From: an uncultured Flavobacteriales bacterium
GTDB taxonomy: Bacteria; Bacteroidota; Bacteroidia; Flavobacteriales; Weeksellaceae
Assembly: GCA_937876095.1 (NCBI GenBank)
Contig: CALFIE010000006.1
Location: forward strand, 10,624 to 74,623
Direction: 5' to 3'
Length of the DNA: 64,000 nucleotides
The position numbers and the translations under genes are program-made. Of the stretch, positions 44,783 to 54,063 are shown piece after piece; within the stretch, counting starts at the first letter, position 1; each line of letters opens with the position of its first letter. Below the pieces are notes generated by a model. The model did no database searches and was not told where the DNA came from. It saw only the letters and a list, made by a program, of their open reading frames with translations.

Positions 44783-46548
44783 AACGGACTTACTAATTTC
44801 AAAAACCACTCTTTCACATCGCCATCTAAATGTTTAGCAATTTTCTCTTCGCATTGTTTGTGGTAATTATTGAGCCAAGAAATTTCGTCTTGCGAAAGCA
44901 ATTCTTTTACGATAATATCTTTGAAAAACGGACAAAAAGTGAGGGTTTCAAATTCATAAAAAGTCCCAAATTCCGAAGTTTCGGCTTCTTTCACAGCCAC
45001 TAAATTTTCGTGGCGAATTCCGTATTCGTTTACTACGTAAAATCCGGGTTCGTTTGACAAAACCATTCCTGGTAATAATTCTTGCGGATTAAGATCTTTT
45101 CTAATATTTTGTGGTGGTTCATGCACGTTCATAAAACTACCAACTCCGTGTCCAGTTCCGTGGTTGTAGTCTTTTCCTTCCATCCAAAGTGGAAGTCGTG
45201 CAAAAGCGTCTAACTGCACACCACGAGTTCCTTTCGGGAATTTCACCATAGAAAGCTGAATCATTCCTTTCAAAACCAAAGTTGCATTTCTTTTAAATTC
45301 ATCAGAAACCGTACCTAAAGCCAAAGTTCTGGTAATATCGGTAGTTCCTTCTAGATATTGTCCACCAGAATCTACCAAAATGTTTCCATCATTGGTAATA
45401 TCTGCACAATCATCTTTTTTTGCAGAATAATGAATGATGGCGCCATTTCCTTTGTAACCAATGATGCTTCCGAAACTTTCGCCTACAAAATTTTCGGTTT
45501 CTGCTCTGAAATTTTTTAGTTTTTCGCCAACCGAAAATTCGTTCATTGGTTCTTTTCCTACGTTGTGCGTGAGCCAATACAGAAATTTTACCATGGTAAC
45601 TCCATCTCGTTCCATCACGGTTCGAAAACCTGCCAATTCTGTTTCGTTTTTGGTTGCCTTCATCAGATTTCCGGGAACTGGTGCTTTGATGATGGAATTT
45701 TCAACTTTTAAAGCCTCAAAAACAGACTGATTGGTGTTCGGAGAAATGAGTATTTTTTGGTTTTTTACATTTTTTAAATAATTAAAGAAATCTTCGTAAG
45801 GAATCATCTTCACGAATGATTCGTCTAACTGTTTTCTTGCATCCTGATTGAGTTTTTCTAAATCGGTGAAAAGAATAGCTTCATTCAACGAAAGAAAAAT
45901 GTAACCCAAGAAAACGGGGTTGCAATCTACATCGCTTCCACGGAGATTGAGTGTCCAAGCAACATCATCTAAACTTGCGATGATGTGTGAAGTTGCTTCT
46001 TGCTGTTCCATTTTTTCACGAATGGCAGACAATTTTTCAGCAACTGATTTCCCGGCTCTTTCAACAGGATGTACATAAATCGGATTTTTAGAAACAACTG
46101 GTTTTTCTGTCCAGATTTCTTTAATCAAAGGTTTATCTACTAATTTTCTGTTTTTTGAAGACAATTTTTGCTCCAAAAGTTCCCAGTTTGCGTTGGAAGT
46201 AGCCAATGCATTTACACCAACTGTTGCGTTTTCGGGAATTTCGGCAATAATCCAGTCAATATAGTTCGGTGTACCTTCTACTCCATCTTTCATCAACGAA
46301 ATTCCTGAATTTTCGAGTTCTATGTTAGCTTGTGTAAAATATCTTCCATCTGTCCAAAGTCCTGCTTTGTTTTTGGTAAACACCACAAAACCAGCAGAAC
46401 CAGTGAAACCAGAAATCCAACTTCGCTCTTGCCATTCTTCTGGCAAATATTCGCTCATGTGTGGATCTGCGGAATAAACGATAAAGGCATCTATATTGCC
46501 ATCATGCATTTTTTGGCGAAGCAATGAAATTTTATTTTGAGTTGTCAT
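44779..46548 (-). CDS. Xaa-Pro aminopeptidase (aminopeptidase P, M24B family)
   Basis: 589 aa; N-terminal creatinase-like domain and C-terminal pita-bread domain with HGTGHGVG and E..NEPG metal ligands. Confidence 0.8.
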   Translation of the reverse strand: MTTQNKISLLRQKMHDGNIDAFIVYSADPHMSEYLPEEWQERSWISGFTGSAGFVVFTKNKAGLWTDGRYFTQANIELENSGISLMKDGVEGTPNYIDWIIAEIPENATVGVNALATSNANWELLEQKLSSKNRKLVDKPLIKEIWTEKPVVSKNPIYVHPVERAGKSVAEKLSAIREKMEQQEATSHIIASLDDVAWTLNLRGSDVDCNPVFLGYIFLSLNEAILFTDLEKLNQDARKQLDESFVKMIPYEDFFNYLKNVKNQKILISPNTNQSVFEALKVENSIIKAPVPGNLMKATKNETELAGFRTVMERDGVTMVKFLYWLTHNVGKEPMNEFSVGEKLKNFRAETENFVGESFGSIIGYKGNGAIIHYSAKKDDCADITNDGNILVDSGGQYLEGTTDITRTLALGTVSDEFKRNATLVLKGMIQLSMVKFPKGTRGVQLDAFARLPLWMEGKDYNHGTGHGVGSFMNVHEPPQNIRKDLNPQELLPGMVLSNEPGFYVVNEYGIRHENLVAVKEAETSEFGTFYEFETLTFCPFFKDIIVKELLSQDEISWLNNYHKQCEEKIAKHLDGDVKEWFLKLVSPL

Positions 46549-46818
46549 ATAGTAAAATGTTATTTATCGCAAATTTACTAAAATTAGGACAAAAGATATA
46601 AACATGAACACACAAATAGCCAAAATTTACATGTTCATTTTACTTATTACAATTTATATTCATTACTAGAATTTTACATTCAAAAGAAGGATTTCTAAAT
46701 TAAATTTATCAAATTTTTCTTAGTCAAAAAATCATTTTTAATGACAAGTTTTTTCTACAATCCAAAGAAAGCCGTAACTTTGTACTTTACTGAAATAACT
46801 AATAAAAATTTAAAATAT

Positions 46819-48444
46819 ATGTCACTAGCAATCTCCCAAGTTCCTGTTGCATTCAATGAGCCAGTTAGGAATTATGCACCTGGTTCCGCAGAAATTAAAT
46901 CGCTGATTTCTACCTACAAAAAAATGTGGAAAAACAAAGTAGAAATCCCAATGATTATAGACGGAAAAGAAGTGAAAACCAACGAAAAAGTATCGTTACA
47001 TTCTCCGCAAGATCATCAACATACGTTGGGATATTATCATAAAGGAACCAAAAAACACGTAGATGATGCCATAAAATCTTGTCTTGCAGCAAGAGAAAAT
47101 TGGGCGAATTTACCATGGGAACAGCGCGCTTCAATTTTTTTGAAAGCTGCAGATTTGTTAGCCGGACCTTATAGAGATAAGATAAATGCCGCAACTATGA
47201 TTGGGCAATCCAAAAATGTGTACCAAGCAGAAATAGATTCTGCTTGTGAAGCCATTGATTTTTTGCGTTTCAATGTAGAATTTATGACCGAATTGTATTC
47301 TGAACAACCCATTTCTGCAGACGGAATTTGGAATCGTGCAGAATACAGACCATTAGAAGGTTTCACTTATGCAATTACGCCATTTAATTTTACTGCAATT
47401 GCGCTTAATTTGCCAACTTCTATGGCTTTGATGGGAAATGTGGTGGTTTGGAAACCATCTGCAACCCAAATTTATTCAGCAAAAGTAATTATGGATATTT
47501 TGATAGAAGCAGGTTTACCAGCAGGAGTTATCAATATGGTTTTCAGTGGTGGTGCAGAAACTTCTAAACAGATTCTAGAACATCCAGATTTTGCAGGAAT
47601 TCATTTTACAGGTTCTACCGAAGTTTTCCAAAGTTTGTGGAAACAAATCGGCGAAAATATTCATAAATACAAAACCTACCCAAGAATTGTTGGTGAAACT
47701 GGCGGTAAAGATTTTGTGATTGCACATCCTTCATCTGTTCCTTCTCAAGTTGCTACTGCATTGGTAAGAGGTTCTTTCGAGTATCAAGGTCAGAAATGTT
47801 CGGCTGCATCTAGAGCTTACGTTCCGAAATCACTTTGGAGCGACATCAAAAAAATAATGGGCGATCAATTATCTGAAATCAAAATGGGTTCACCAGAAGA
47901 TCCCAAAAATTTTGTAAACGCGGTAATAGACAAAGCCTCTTTTGATAAATGCAAAGGTTACATAGACCGAGCCAAAAAATCTAAAGAAGCCAAAGTAATC
48001 TTTGGTGGGAAATGCGATGATAAAAAAGGTTGGTTTGTAGAACCAACTGTGATAGAAACTACCAATCCGCACTACGAAAGTATGGAGCAAGAAATTTTTG
48101 GACCTATTTTGACTCTGTATGTGTACGAAGACAAAGATTGGCACAAAACATTGAAATTGGTAGATGAAACTTCGCCATATGCACTTACTGGTGCAGTTTT
48201 CGCACAAGATAGATATGCTATAAACGAGGCTACCAAAGCACTGGAAAATGCCGCAGGAAATTTTTACATCAATGATAAACCAACTGGTGCAGTTGTAGGA
48301 CAACAACCTTTTGGTGGAGCAAGAGCATCTGGAACCAATGACAAAGCAGGTTCTAAAATGAATCTTTTGCGTTGGGTTTCTGCAAGAAGCATCAAAGAAA
48401 ATTTCTTATCACCTACCGATTACAAATATCCGTTTTTGGGATAA
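46819..48444 (+). CDS. pruA: L-glutamate gamma-semialdehyde (1-pyrroline-5-carboxylate) dehydrogenase
   Basis: about 541 aa from MSLAISQVP; ALDH-family catalytic region (VGETGGKDF..., QGQKCSAASR). Confidence 0.8.
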   Translation: MSLAISQVPVAFNEPVRNYAPGSAEIKSLISTYKKMWKNKVEIPMIIDGKEVKTNEKVSLHSPQDHQHTLGYYHKGTKKHVDDAIKSCLAARENWANLPWEQRASIFLKAADLLAGPYRDKINAATMIGQSKNVYQAEIDSACEAIDFLRFNVEFMTELYSEQPISADGIWNRAEYRPLEGFTYAITPFNFTAIALNLPTSMALMGNVVVWKPSATQIYSAKVIMDILIEAGLPAGVINMVFSGGAETSKQILEHPDFAGIHFTGSTEVFQSLWKQIGENIHKYKTYPRIVGETGGKDFVIAHPSSVPSQVATALVRGSFEYQGQKCSAASRAYVPKSLWSDIKKIMGDQLSEIKMGSPEDPKNFVNAVIDKASFDKCKGYIDRAKKSKEAKVIFGGKCDDKKGWFVEPTVIETTNPHYESMEQEIFGPILTLYVYEDKDWHKTLKLVDETSPYALTGAVFAQDRYAINEATKALENAAGNFYINDKPTGAVVGQQPFGGARASGTNDKAGSKMNLLRWVSARSIKENFLSPTDYKYPFLG

Positions 48445-48465
48445 AAGAAAACACTATTAAACAAC

Positions 48466-48497
48466 AAAACCGATTCTATGAACCGGTTTTTTTTTAT
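48466..48497. terminator. bidirectional terminator between pruA (+) and the CDGSH gene (-)
   Basis: AAAACCG-attctatgaac-CGGTTTT followed by a T-run. Confidence 0.45.
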
Positions 48498-48671
48498 GAC
48501 TTGTTGTAAGGAAAGTATGTTGAGATATTAAAAAAAAATGTAAAAATTAAAAATCACAAAAATTTTGAAATCCAAAGTGTTTCACATTGAAAATCTTTGA
48601 TTTTCATTCTTTTTTATCCTTTTGAATAACTCAAACAGCACCTTAACTTTTGTTTCTTTTGCGGTTAACAA

Positions 48672-49103
48672 TTATCCTTCAAAACCTGATTTGCTATGAC
48701 TACCATCACAATATGGTTTGTTGGCAGAAGCACCGCATCTACAAAAAGCAGTTACATTAGATTTATTTGTTTCTTCGCCATAGCAATTCACTACAATTTC
48801 ACCGTGAACTAACAAAGGACCATTTGGTAAAACCTCTACTTTGTTGACCGATGTTGCAGGATTTTCTGCAGGTGGTTCCTCACTATTTTTGATGCAACTC
48901 AATGCACCACTCGGACAAGCATTTATTTGATTTTTAATTCGTTCTGAATCCGTACCTTCTGGTTGAATCCACGGTTTTTCTTGCGGTTTGAAAACTTCTG
49001 GCAATCCTTTCCAACATATTTTAGAATGTATGCAAAGACCGGGTTTCCAAACTATGGTCAATTCATCGGTGGTGTATTTTTTGGTGAGATTTTGTAGGTC
49101 CAT
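48672..49103 (-). CDS. iron-sulfur protein: divergent 4Fe-4S mono-cluster domain fused to a CDGSH domain
   Basis: 143 aa; N-terminal Cys ligands (CIHSKIC...CPSGA); C-terminal CRCGASANKPYCDGSH matches the CDGSH motif. Confidence 0.6.
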   Translation of the reverse strand: MDLQNLTKKYTTDELTIVWKPGLCIHSKICWKGLPEVFKPQEKPWIQPEGTDSERIKNQINACPSGALSCIKNSEEPPAENPATSVNKVEVLPNGPLLVHGEIVVNCYGEETNKSNVTAFCRCGASANKPYCDGSHSKSGFEG

Positions 49104-49238
49104 TGCGTTTTTTTATTAAGCTAAATTACATATAAAATCAATAAATTATCTTACTTTCACATCAAAATTTTTAGGTAAATTTTTCCTCAGTTTATTTCTA
49201 AATTATTAATATCAATCAAAATAACAAATTAAAAGAAA

Positions 49239-50279
49239 ATGAATAGAAAAGTGTTTTTTTATATTTTAAGTTTCTTTTTTACAACTTATTATTCTCAAAC
49301 AATCCAAATAAAAATAGTTGATTCTAAAACTAAAAAAGAAATTGATAGTGTTAGAATTTATGACAAAAATGGATTTTTATCAGAATATGCATCTGGAAAA
49401 GAAAATAATATCCAAGTAAAAGAAAATGATTCGTTAACATTTTTAAAAAGTGGTTATGAAGATATCAAAATTGACAATAGAAAAATTATGGAGGACAATG
49501 TAATTTACCTTAATAAAAACAAAATTATTGATATTGAAGAAGTAATTGTTACAAAACAAAATATTCCCGATGTAATTGCTAAAATAATTGAAGCAGAAAA
49601 AAATGTTAATCGAAAAAAATCATACTATCATCTGCAATATGATTTTAATGATAATGATGAAATAATACAACATTATGATGGGAGAATTTCTAAAAATGCT
49701 GATGTCATAAAATTAGAAAAAACAACTGATTTTATAGATAATATGAATCGAACCATGGTATTTACAATTTCTGGCAGTAAGAAGAAAGAAAAATACTTGC
49801 TTCAAAATACAAATTATAGTAATATTAATCAACTCGAAATGTATCCTAAACTGTGGCGATTATTTCTGAAAAACAAAAAATCTACTGATTATCAGTATAA
49901 ATCAATAAGCGGAAAAGACCAATATTGCAAAATAGAATTTACACCAATAAATAATGATGGTTGGAGTTATAGAGGATTTATAATTTATGACAAAAATGAT
50001 TATAAAGTGTATGAATTAAAAATGCAATTAATCCCAAACAAAAAAAATCTTTACGCAAACCTTTTATCTATAAGACAAGATTATTTTATCAAAACTAAAA
50101 AAGATGATTCAGAAATCAACACTTTTGATTACGCAACATTTGATGAAAATTTCACCATAATAAATGGACAAGGAAAAGGTCAAAATCTAAAGGCACACAC
50201 TTCAATAGAGAGAACTTTAGATTTTGACGATAAAAATTTTATGTTATTTGATATGACTTTTTTTAAACCAAAAAATTAA
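49239..50279 (+). CDS. hypothetical secreted protein with N-terminal carboxypeptidase-regulatory-like domain
   Basis: 346 aa; signal peptide ending YYSQ; N-terminal IQIKIVDSKTKKEIDSVRIYD...GYEDIKI beta-sandwich-like segment. Confidence 0.4.
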   Translation: MNRKVFFYILSFFFTTYYSQTIQIKIVDSKTKKEIDSVRIYDKNGFLSEYASGKENNIQVKENDSLTFLKSGYEDIKIDNRKIMEDNVIYLNKNKIIDIEEVIVTKQNIPDVIAKIIEAEKNVNRKKSYYHLQYDFNDNDEIIQHYDGRISKNADVIKLEKTTDFIDNMNRTMVFTISGSKKKEKYLLQNTNYSNINQLEMYPKLWRLFLKNKKSTDYQYKSISGKDQYCKIEFTPINNDGWSYRGFIIYDKNDYKVYELKMQLIPNKKNLYANLLSIRQDYFIKTKKDDSEINTFDYATFDENFTIINGQGKGQNLKAHTSIERTLDFDDKNFMLFDMTFFKPKN

Positions 50280-51313
50280 TATTCAAACAACACACTTCCC
50301 CAAGTGAAACCACTACCAAATGCAGTTAGACAAACCAAATCGCCTTTTTTCACTCTCCCTTGTTCTATTGCTTCAGCTAAAGCAATTGGTATAGATGCAG
50401 CCGTTGTATTGCCATATTTTTGAATATTGATGAAGACTTTTTCGTCTGGCAATTTCAATAATTTTTGTACAAATTCTGCAATTCTAATATTGGCTTGATG
50501 CGGAATAAACACATCTAAATCATCTATAGTCTTCCCTGCTTTTGCAAGTGCTTCTTGCAAACTTTCTGGAAATCTAGTAACAGCGTGTTTAAAAACGAAA
50601 TTACCATTCATTATAGGATAAACTTCGTGGTTGGTTACGTTTTCTGGTTCCAGACGCATTCTATCACTCCAACCAAATTTAGATCCAGGAAATTTGGTAC
50701 ACAATTCCTCTGCATATTTGCCTTCACTATGCAAATTAAAGCTAAGAATGTCACCAGAATTTTGGTCTTCTGTTGCAGATAAAACTACAGCTCCTGCTCC
50801 ATCACCGAAAATTACCGAAACACCACGTCCTTCATCAGAAAAATCTAACCCAAAACTGTGGATTTCTGCGCCAACTACCAAAATATTTTTGTACGTTCCG
50901 GATTTTATAAATGCATTGGCAACACTCATTGCATACACAAATCCAGAACACTGGTTACGCACATCTAGCGCACCAATCGTATCGCAACCCAACATTTCTT
51001 GCAACAAAACGCCATTTCCCGGAAAAAAATAATCTGGACTCAAGGTTGCAAAAACTATAAAATCGATATCTTTTGCAGTAAGTCCTGCTTTTTCTAATGC
51101 TTTTTCTGAGGCACGAAATCCTAAATAAGCCGAAGTTTCTTGGGAATCGTTTCTGTTTGCACGGTGTCTTCTTTCTTTGATTCCGGTTCTCTCTGTAATC
51201 CAAGCATCATTGGTATCCATCAATTTTGCAAGATCATCGTTGGTTACTATATTTTCAGGAACGTGATAACCGTACCCTTTAATTATACTTTTTATCATTT
51301 TTTTAATTTTCAC
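50276..51313 (-). CDS. 3-oxoacyl-ACP synthase III (FabH-like)
   Basis: 345 aa; N-terminal IIKGYGYHVPENIVTNDDLAKLMDTNDAWITERTGI; active-site Cys region (RNQCSGFVYA); C-terminal GSGFTWGSVL; true start may be the MIKS Met at 51298. Confidence 0.8.
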   Translation of the reverse strand: MKIKKMIKSIIKGYGYHVPENIVTNDDLAKLMDTNDAWITERTGIKERRHRANRNDSQETSAYLGFRASEKALEKAGLTAKDIDFIVFATLSPDYFFPGNGVLLQEMLGCDTIGALDVRNQCSGFVYAMSVANAFIKSGTYKNILVVGAEIHSFGLDFSDEGRGVSVIFGDGAGAVVLSATEDQNSGDILSFNLHSEGKYAEELCTKFPGSKFGWSDRMRLEPENVTNHEVYPIMNGNFVFKHAVTRFPESLQEALAKAGKTIDDLDVFIPHQANIRIAEFVQKLLKLPDEKVFINIQKYGNTTAASIPIALAEAIEQGRVKKGDLVCLTAFGSGFTWGSVLFEY

Positions 51314-51432
51314 AAAAATAATATTTTATTATAAACCTTCGGTTTTTTACTAATCATTAACAAACTTTTCATCATTAATGATAAAAAAAGGAAACACTTT
51401 TTATTTTTAAAAATAGTATTTTTGAAAAAAAA

Positions 51433-52347
51433 TTGAGCATGTCTCTACAGATACTTTTTGAAAACGAACAATTTAAATGGGTGGATATTACTGATTTGAA
51501 ATCCGAAGAAATCCCCGAAATTTCTGAAAAATTTCAAATCAATCATTTGCTTTTTGAGGATTGTATAGACCCCAATCATTTACCAAAATATGAAGATTTA
51601 GATGATTTAAAATTTATTTTGGCTCGGCAAAACACCTCAACAGAAAGACTAAATCTAAATTCTATTGCAGATGTATCTACCAAAATTGGGATTTTCTTGC
51701 GAGACAACATTTTGCTCACAGTTCACCGAATAGAAAACGAAGGAATCGATCAAATTGTAGAAAAATTGCATCATTTGCAAAAAAACAATAAGTGTGTAAC
51801 TCCTTATGTAGTTGCTCAAAAATTGGCCATGAAAATTTTAGCCACTTTTGAAACTGAAAATCAAATTTTGCTAGAACAGATGGATAAAATGGAGAACGAA
51901 ATCTTCCTGAAAAATGTAGAAAATTCCTCGCAAATCAAGAGATTATACCGTTTCAAAAGGAAAATCGGACTCAATGCAAAAGTGCTGAATTTGTCTAAAG
52001 ATTGGATTCATTTTTTTGAAAAATTACCGATCGATAAAATAGATTTTCAGGATTTAGAAGACAGTTACAAAGATGCGGTAAGTGATTTCGATCACCTGAA
52101 TACGCAAACTACCAACTTAATTTCGATGTTTTTGGCAATTACCGACCAAAAAGCCAATCAAGTGATGAAAGTTTTGGCAATTTACTCGATGTATTTCTTC
52201 CCTATTACTTTCATCGCAGGAATTTATGGTATGAATTTCGATATTATGCCCGAACTTCGACACAAAAATGGGTATTTTATTACCCTTGGTTTGATGGCGG
52301 TAATTGTACTGTTCACTTTTATTTATGTACGTAGAAAACGCTGGTAG
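51433..52347 (+). CDS. corA: CorA-family magnesium/cobalt transporter
   Basis: 304 aa; two C-terminal TM helices with the YGMNF (GMN) signature. Confidence 0.8.
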   Translation: MSMSLQILFENEQFKWVDITDLKSEEIPEISEKFQINHLLFEDCIDPNHLPKYEDLDDLKFILARQNTSTERLNLNSIADVSTKIGIFLRDNILLTVHRIENEGIDQIVEKLHHLQKNNKCVTPYVVAQKLAMKILATFETENQILLEQMDKMENEIFLKNVENSSQIKRLYRFKRKIGLNAKVLNLSKDWIHFFEKLPIDKIDFQDLEDSYKDAVSDFDHLNTQTTNLISMFLAITDQKANQVMKVLAIYSMYFFPITFIAGIYGMNFDIMPELRHKNGYFITLGLMAVIVLFTFIYVRRKRW

Positions 52348-52449
52348 AAAAAATTGGAGCAATTAGTTTGGCTGATTTTTTGCATATCAATTAAAATTGG
52401 TATATTTACAACATCATAGAAATAATAATTTTAAATAAATCCTATTAGT

Positions 52450-52674
52450 ATGAAAAAATTAATCACAATGTTAGCAATAGGTGCTTTCACACTAGGAATG
52501 GCTCAAGAAACCCCTAAAAAAGCTTGTTGCGCAGATAAAAACAAAAAAGAGTGCACCGACAAAGATAAAAAAGCTTGTTCTGAAAAAGACAAAAAAGCTT
52601 GCGCAGATAAAAACAAAAAAGAGTGTGCTACCAAAGAGAAAAAAGCTTGTTGTGCTGCTAAAAAAGCGGCTTAA
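52450..52674 (+). CDS. small secreted Cys/Lys-rich octad-repeat peptide
   Basis: 74 aa; signal peptide MKKLITMLAIGAFTLGMAQE; mature part is six 8-residue repeats x-K-K-x-C-x-x-K (KKACCADK NKKECTDK DKKACSEK DKKACADK NKKECATK EKKACCAA) with 8 Cys; own terminator downstream. Confidence 0.5.
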   Translation: MKKLITMLAIGAFTLGMAQETPKKACCADKNKKECTDKDKKACSEKDKKACADKNKKECATKEKKACCAAKKAA

Positions 52675-52710
52675 TAGTATTGAAATATTCAATAATTATA
52701 CAGTAAAATT

Positions 52711-52745
52711 AAACCCGATGAAGATTTTCATCGGGTTTTTTTGTA
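52711..52745. terminator. bidirectional rho-independent terminator (peptide gene + / holB -)
   Basis: AAACCCGATGAA-gatt-TTCATCGGGTTT flanked by T-runs. Confidence 0.6.
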
Positions 52746-52752
52746 GTTATTT

Positions 52753-53877
52753 TTAATTTTTAGCAGATTGATGAATGAATCGTGTAAGTTTTATACCCAA
52801 ATCTGTCCAGATAATTTTGGCGTTTCCGTTGCGTGATAGGTGTAAATCTGCCAAAGAAATTTCGTGCAAAATAGATTCTATATTCATACCGTGAATATAG
52901 GTAGAAAATGGTTCCCATTTGAAACCGTCTTTCTTGATTGCTTTGTAGACCAATTCTTCTGAACCATAATTTTGTAGCAGCGCCAATCTGAAAATTTCGG
53001 CACAAAAATCTAGAAATTGTTTTTGTTTCTCGCGGTTCCAACCCGCAATATTTCTCCCCCATAAAACAATTTCCTTTAGAACTTGTGGTTTCTTACGAGC
53101 CTGAAATGCATTTCTAACCCAGAAAATAAACAAATCTTCGAACTCGTTGTTGGCATTTTCTGAGTGGAGCAATTTCAGAGCAGTATTGTAATTTCCTTGC
53201 GACTGATGTACAATTTCAGAGATTCTATCATCAGAAATTTCAGAATTTTCTTGTAATTTCTTGGCAATTGCATCATCTTCAATTCTTGGGATTTCTACTA
53301 ACTGACAGCGCGACAAAATAGTTGGTAACATGGTATCTGCATTTTCGGCAGTCAAAAGTATGACTGTATTTTTCGGCGGTTCTTCTAGAAATTTTAGAAA
53401 TTTGTTGGCTGCAGATTGATTCATTTTGTCGGCGCGCCAAACTATCAAAATTTTGGTACCACCTTCAAAAGATTTCAGAGCAAAATCCTGATTGATGGTT
53501 TCTACTTCGTCTGCAGAGATGAACAACTGTTTGTTTTGAGCATCTAAAATTTCGGCAAAATCATTGAAATCTGCATATGGATTTTCTAGAATCAAAGTGC
53601 GCCATTCCTCAAAAAAATTTTTGCTCAGTGCTTTATTACTTACCGAATAAACAGGGAAACTGAAATGCAAATCTAGGTGATTCAGGTGTGCTACTTTGTT
53701 GGCAGCAGTTGCATGTTCTCTCGCAAGAATCTCTTGTGCATAAGCCAAAGCAATTGGTAGAACGCCATAACCTTCTTCTCCCAAAAACAATTGTGCGTGA
53801 CTTACTCTATCTTTGTCTATAGAATCTATAAGTGTGGTGATGCTGTTTTTCTGCCCAATAATTTGCTCCCAATTCAT
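52753..53877 (-). CDS. holB: DNA polymerase III subunit delta'
   Basis: about 374 aa from MNWEQIIGQ; AAA+ clamp-loader pattern with SRC motif (TILSRCQLVEIP). Confidence 0.7.
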   Translation of the reverse strand: MNWEQIIGQKNSITTLIDSIDKDRVSHAQLFLGEEGYGVLPIALAYAQEILAREHATAANKVAHLNHLDLHFSFPVYSVSNKALSKNFFEEWRTLILENPYADFNDFAEILDAQNKQLFISADEVETINQDFALKSFEGGTKILIVWRADKMNQSAANKFLKFLEEPPKNTVILLTAENADTMLPTILSRCQLVEIPRIEDDAIAKKLQENSEISDDRISEIVHQSQGNYNTALKLLHSENANNEFEDLFIFWVRNAFQARKKPQVLKEIVLWGRNIAGWNREKQKQFLDFCAEIFRLALLQNYGSEELVYKAIKKDGFKWEPFSTYIHGMNIESILHEISLADLHLSRNGNAKIIWTDLGIKLTRFIHQSAKN

Positions 53878-54063
53878 AAATTCAAAGATAAGAAATTGCA
53901 CCGAAGATAAAAGTTGCTTGTCTGAAGTTTTTCAAAAATTTTGAAAATTAATTGTAAAATTAGGATGTTTTGACCGTTATCACAAATAAATTTAACGCTT
54001 ATTAACTTTCACAATTCATTAATAATTAAGATATTTGCGCAGTCTAAAAACAAACAAAATTTA

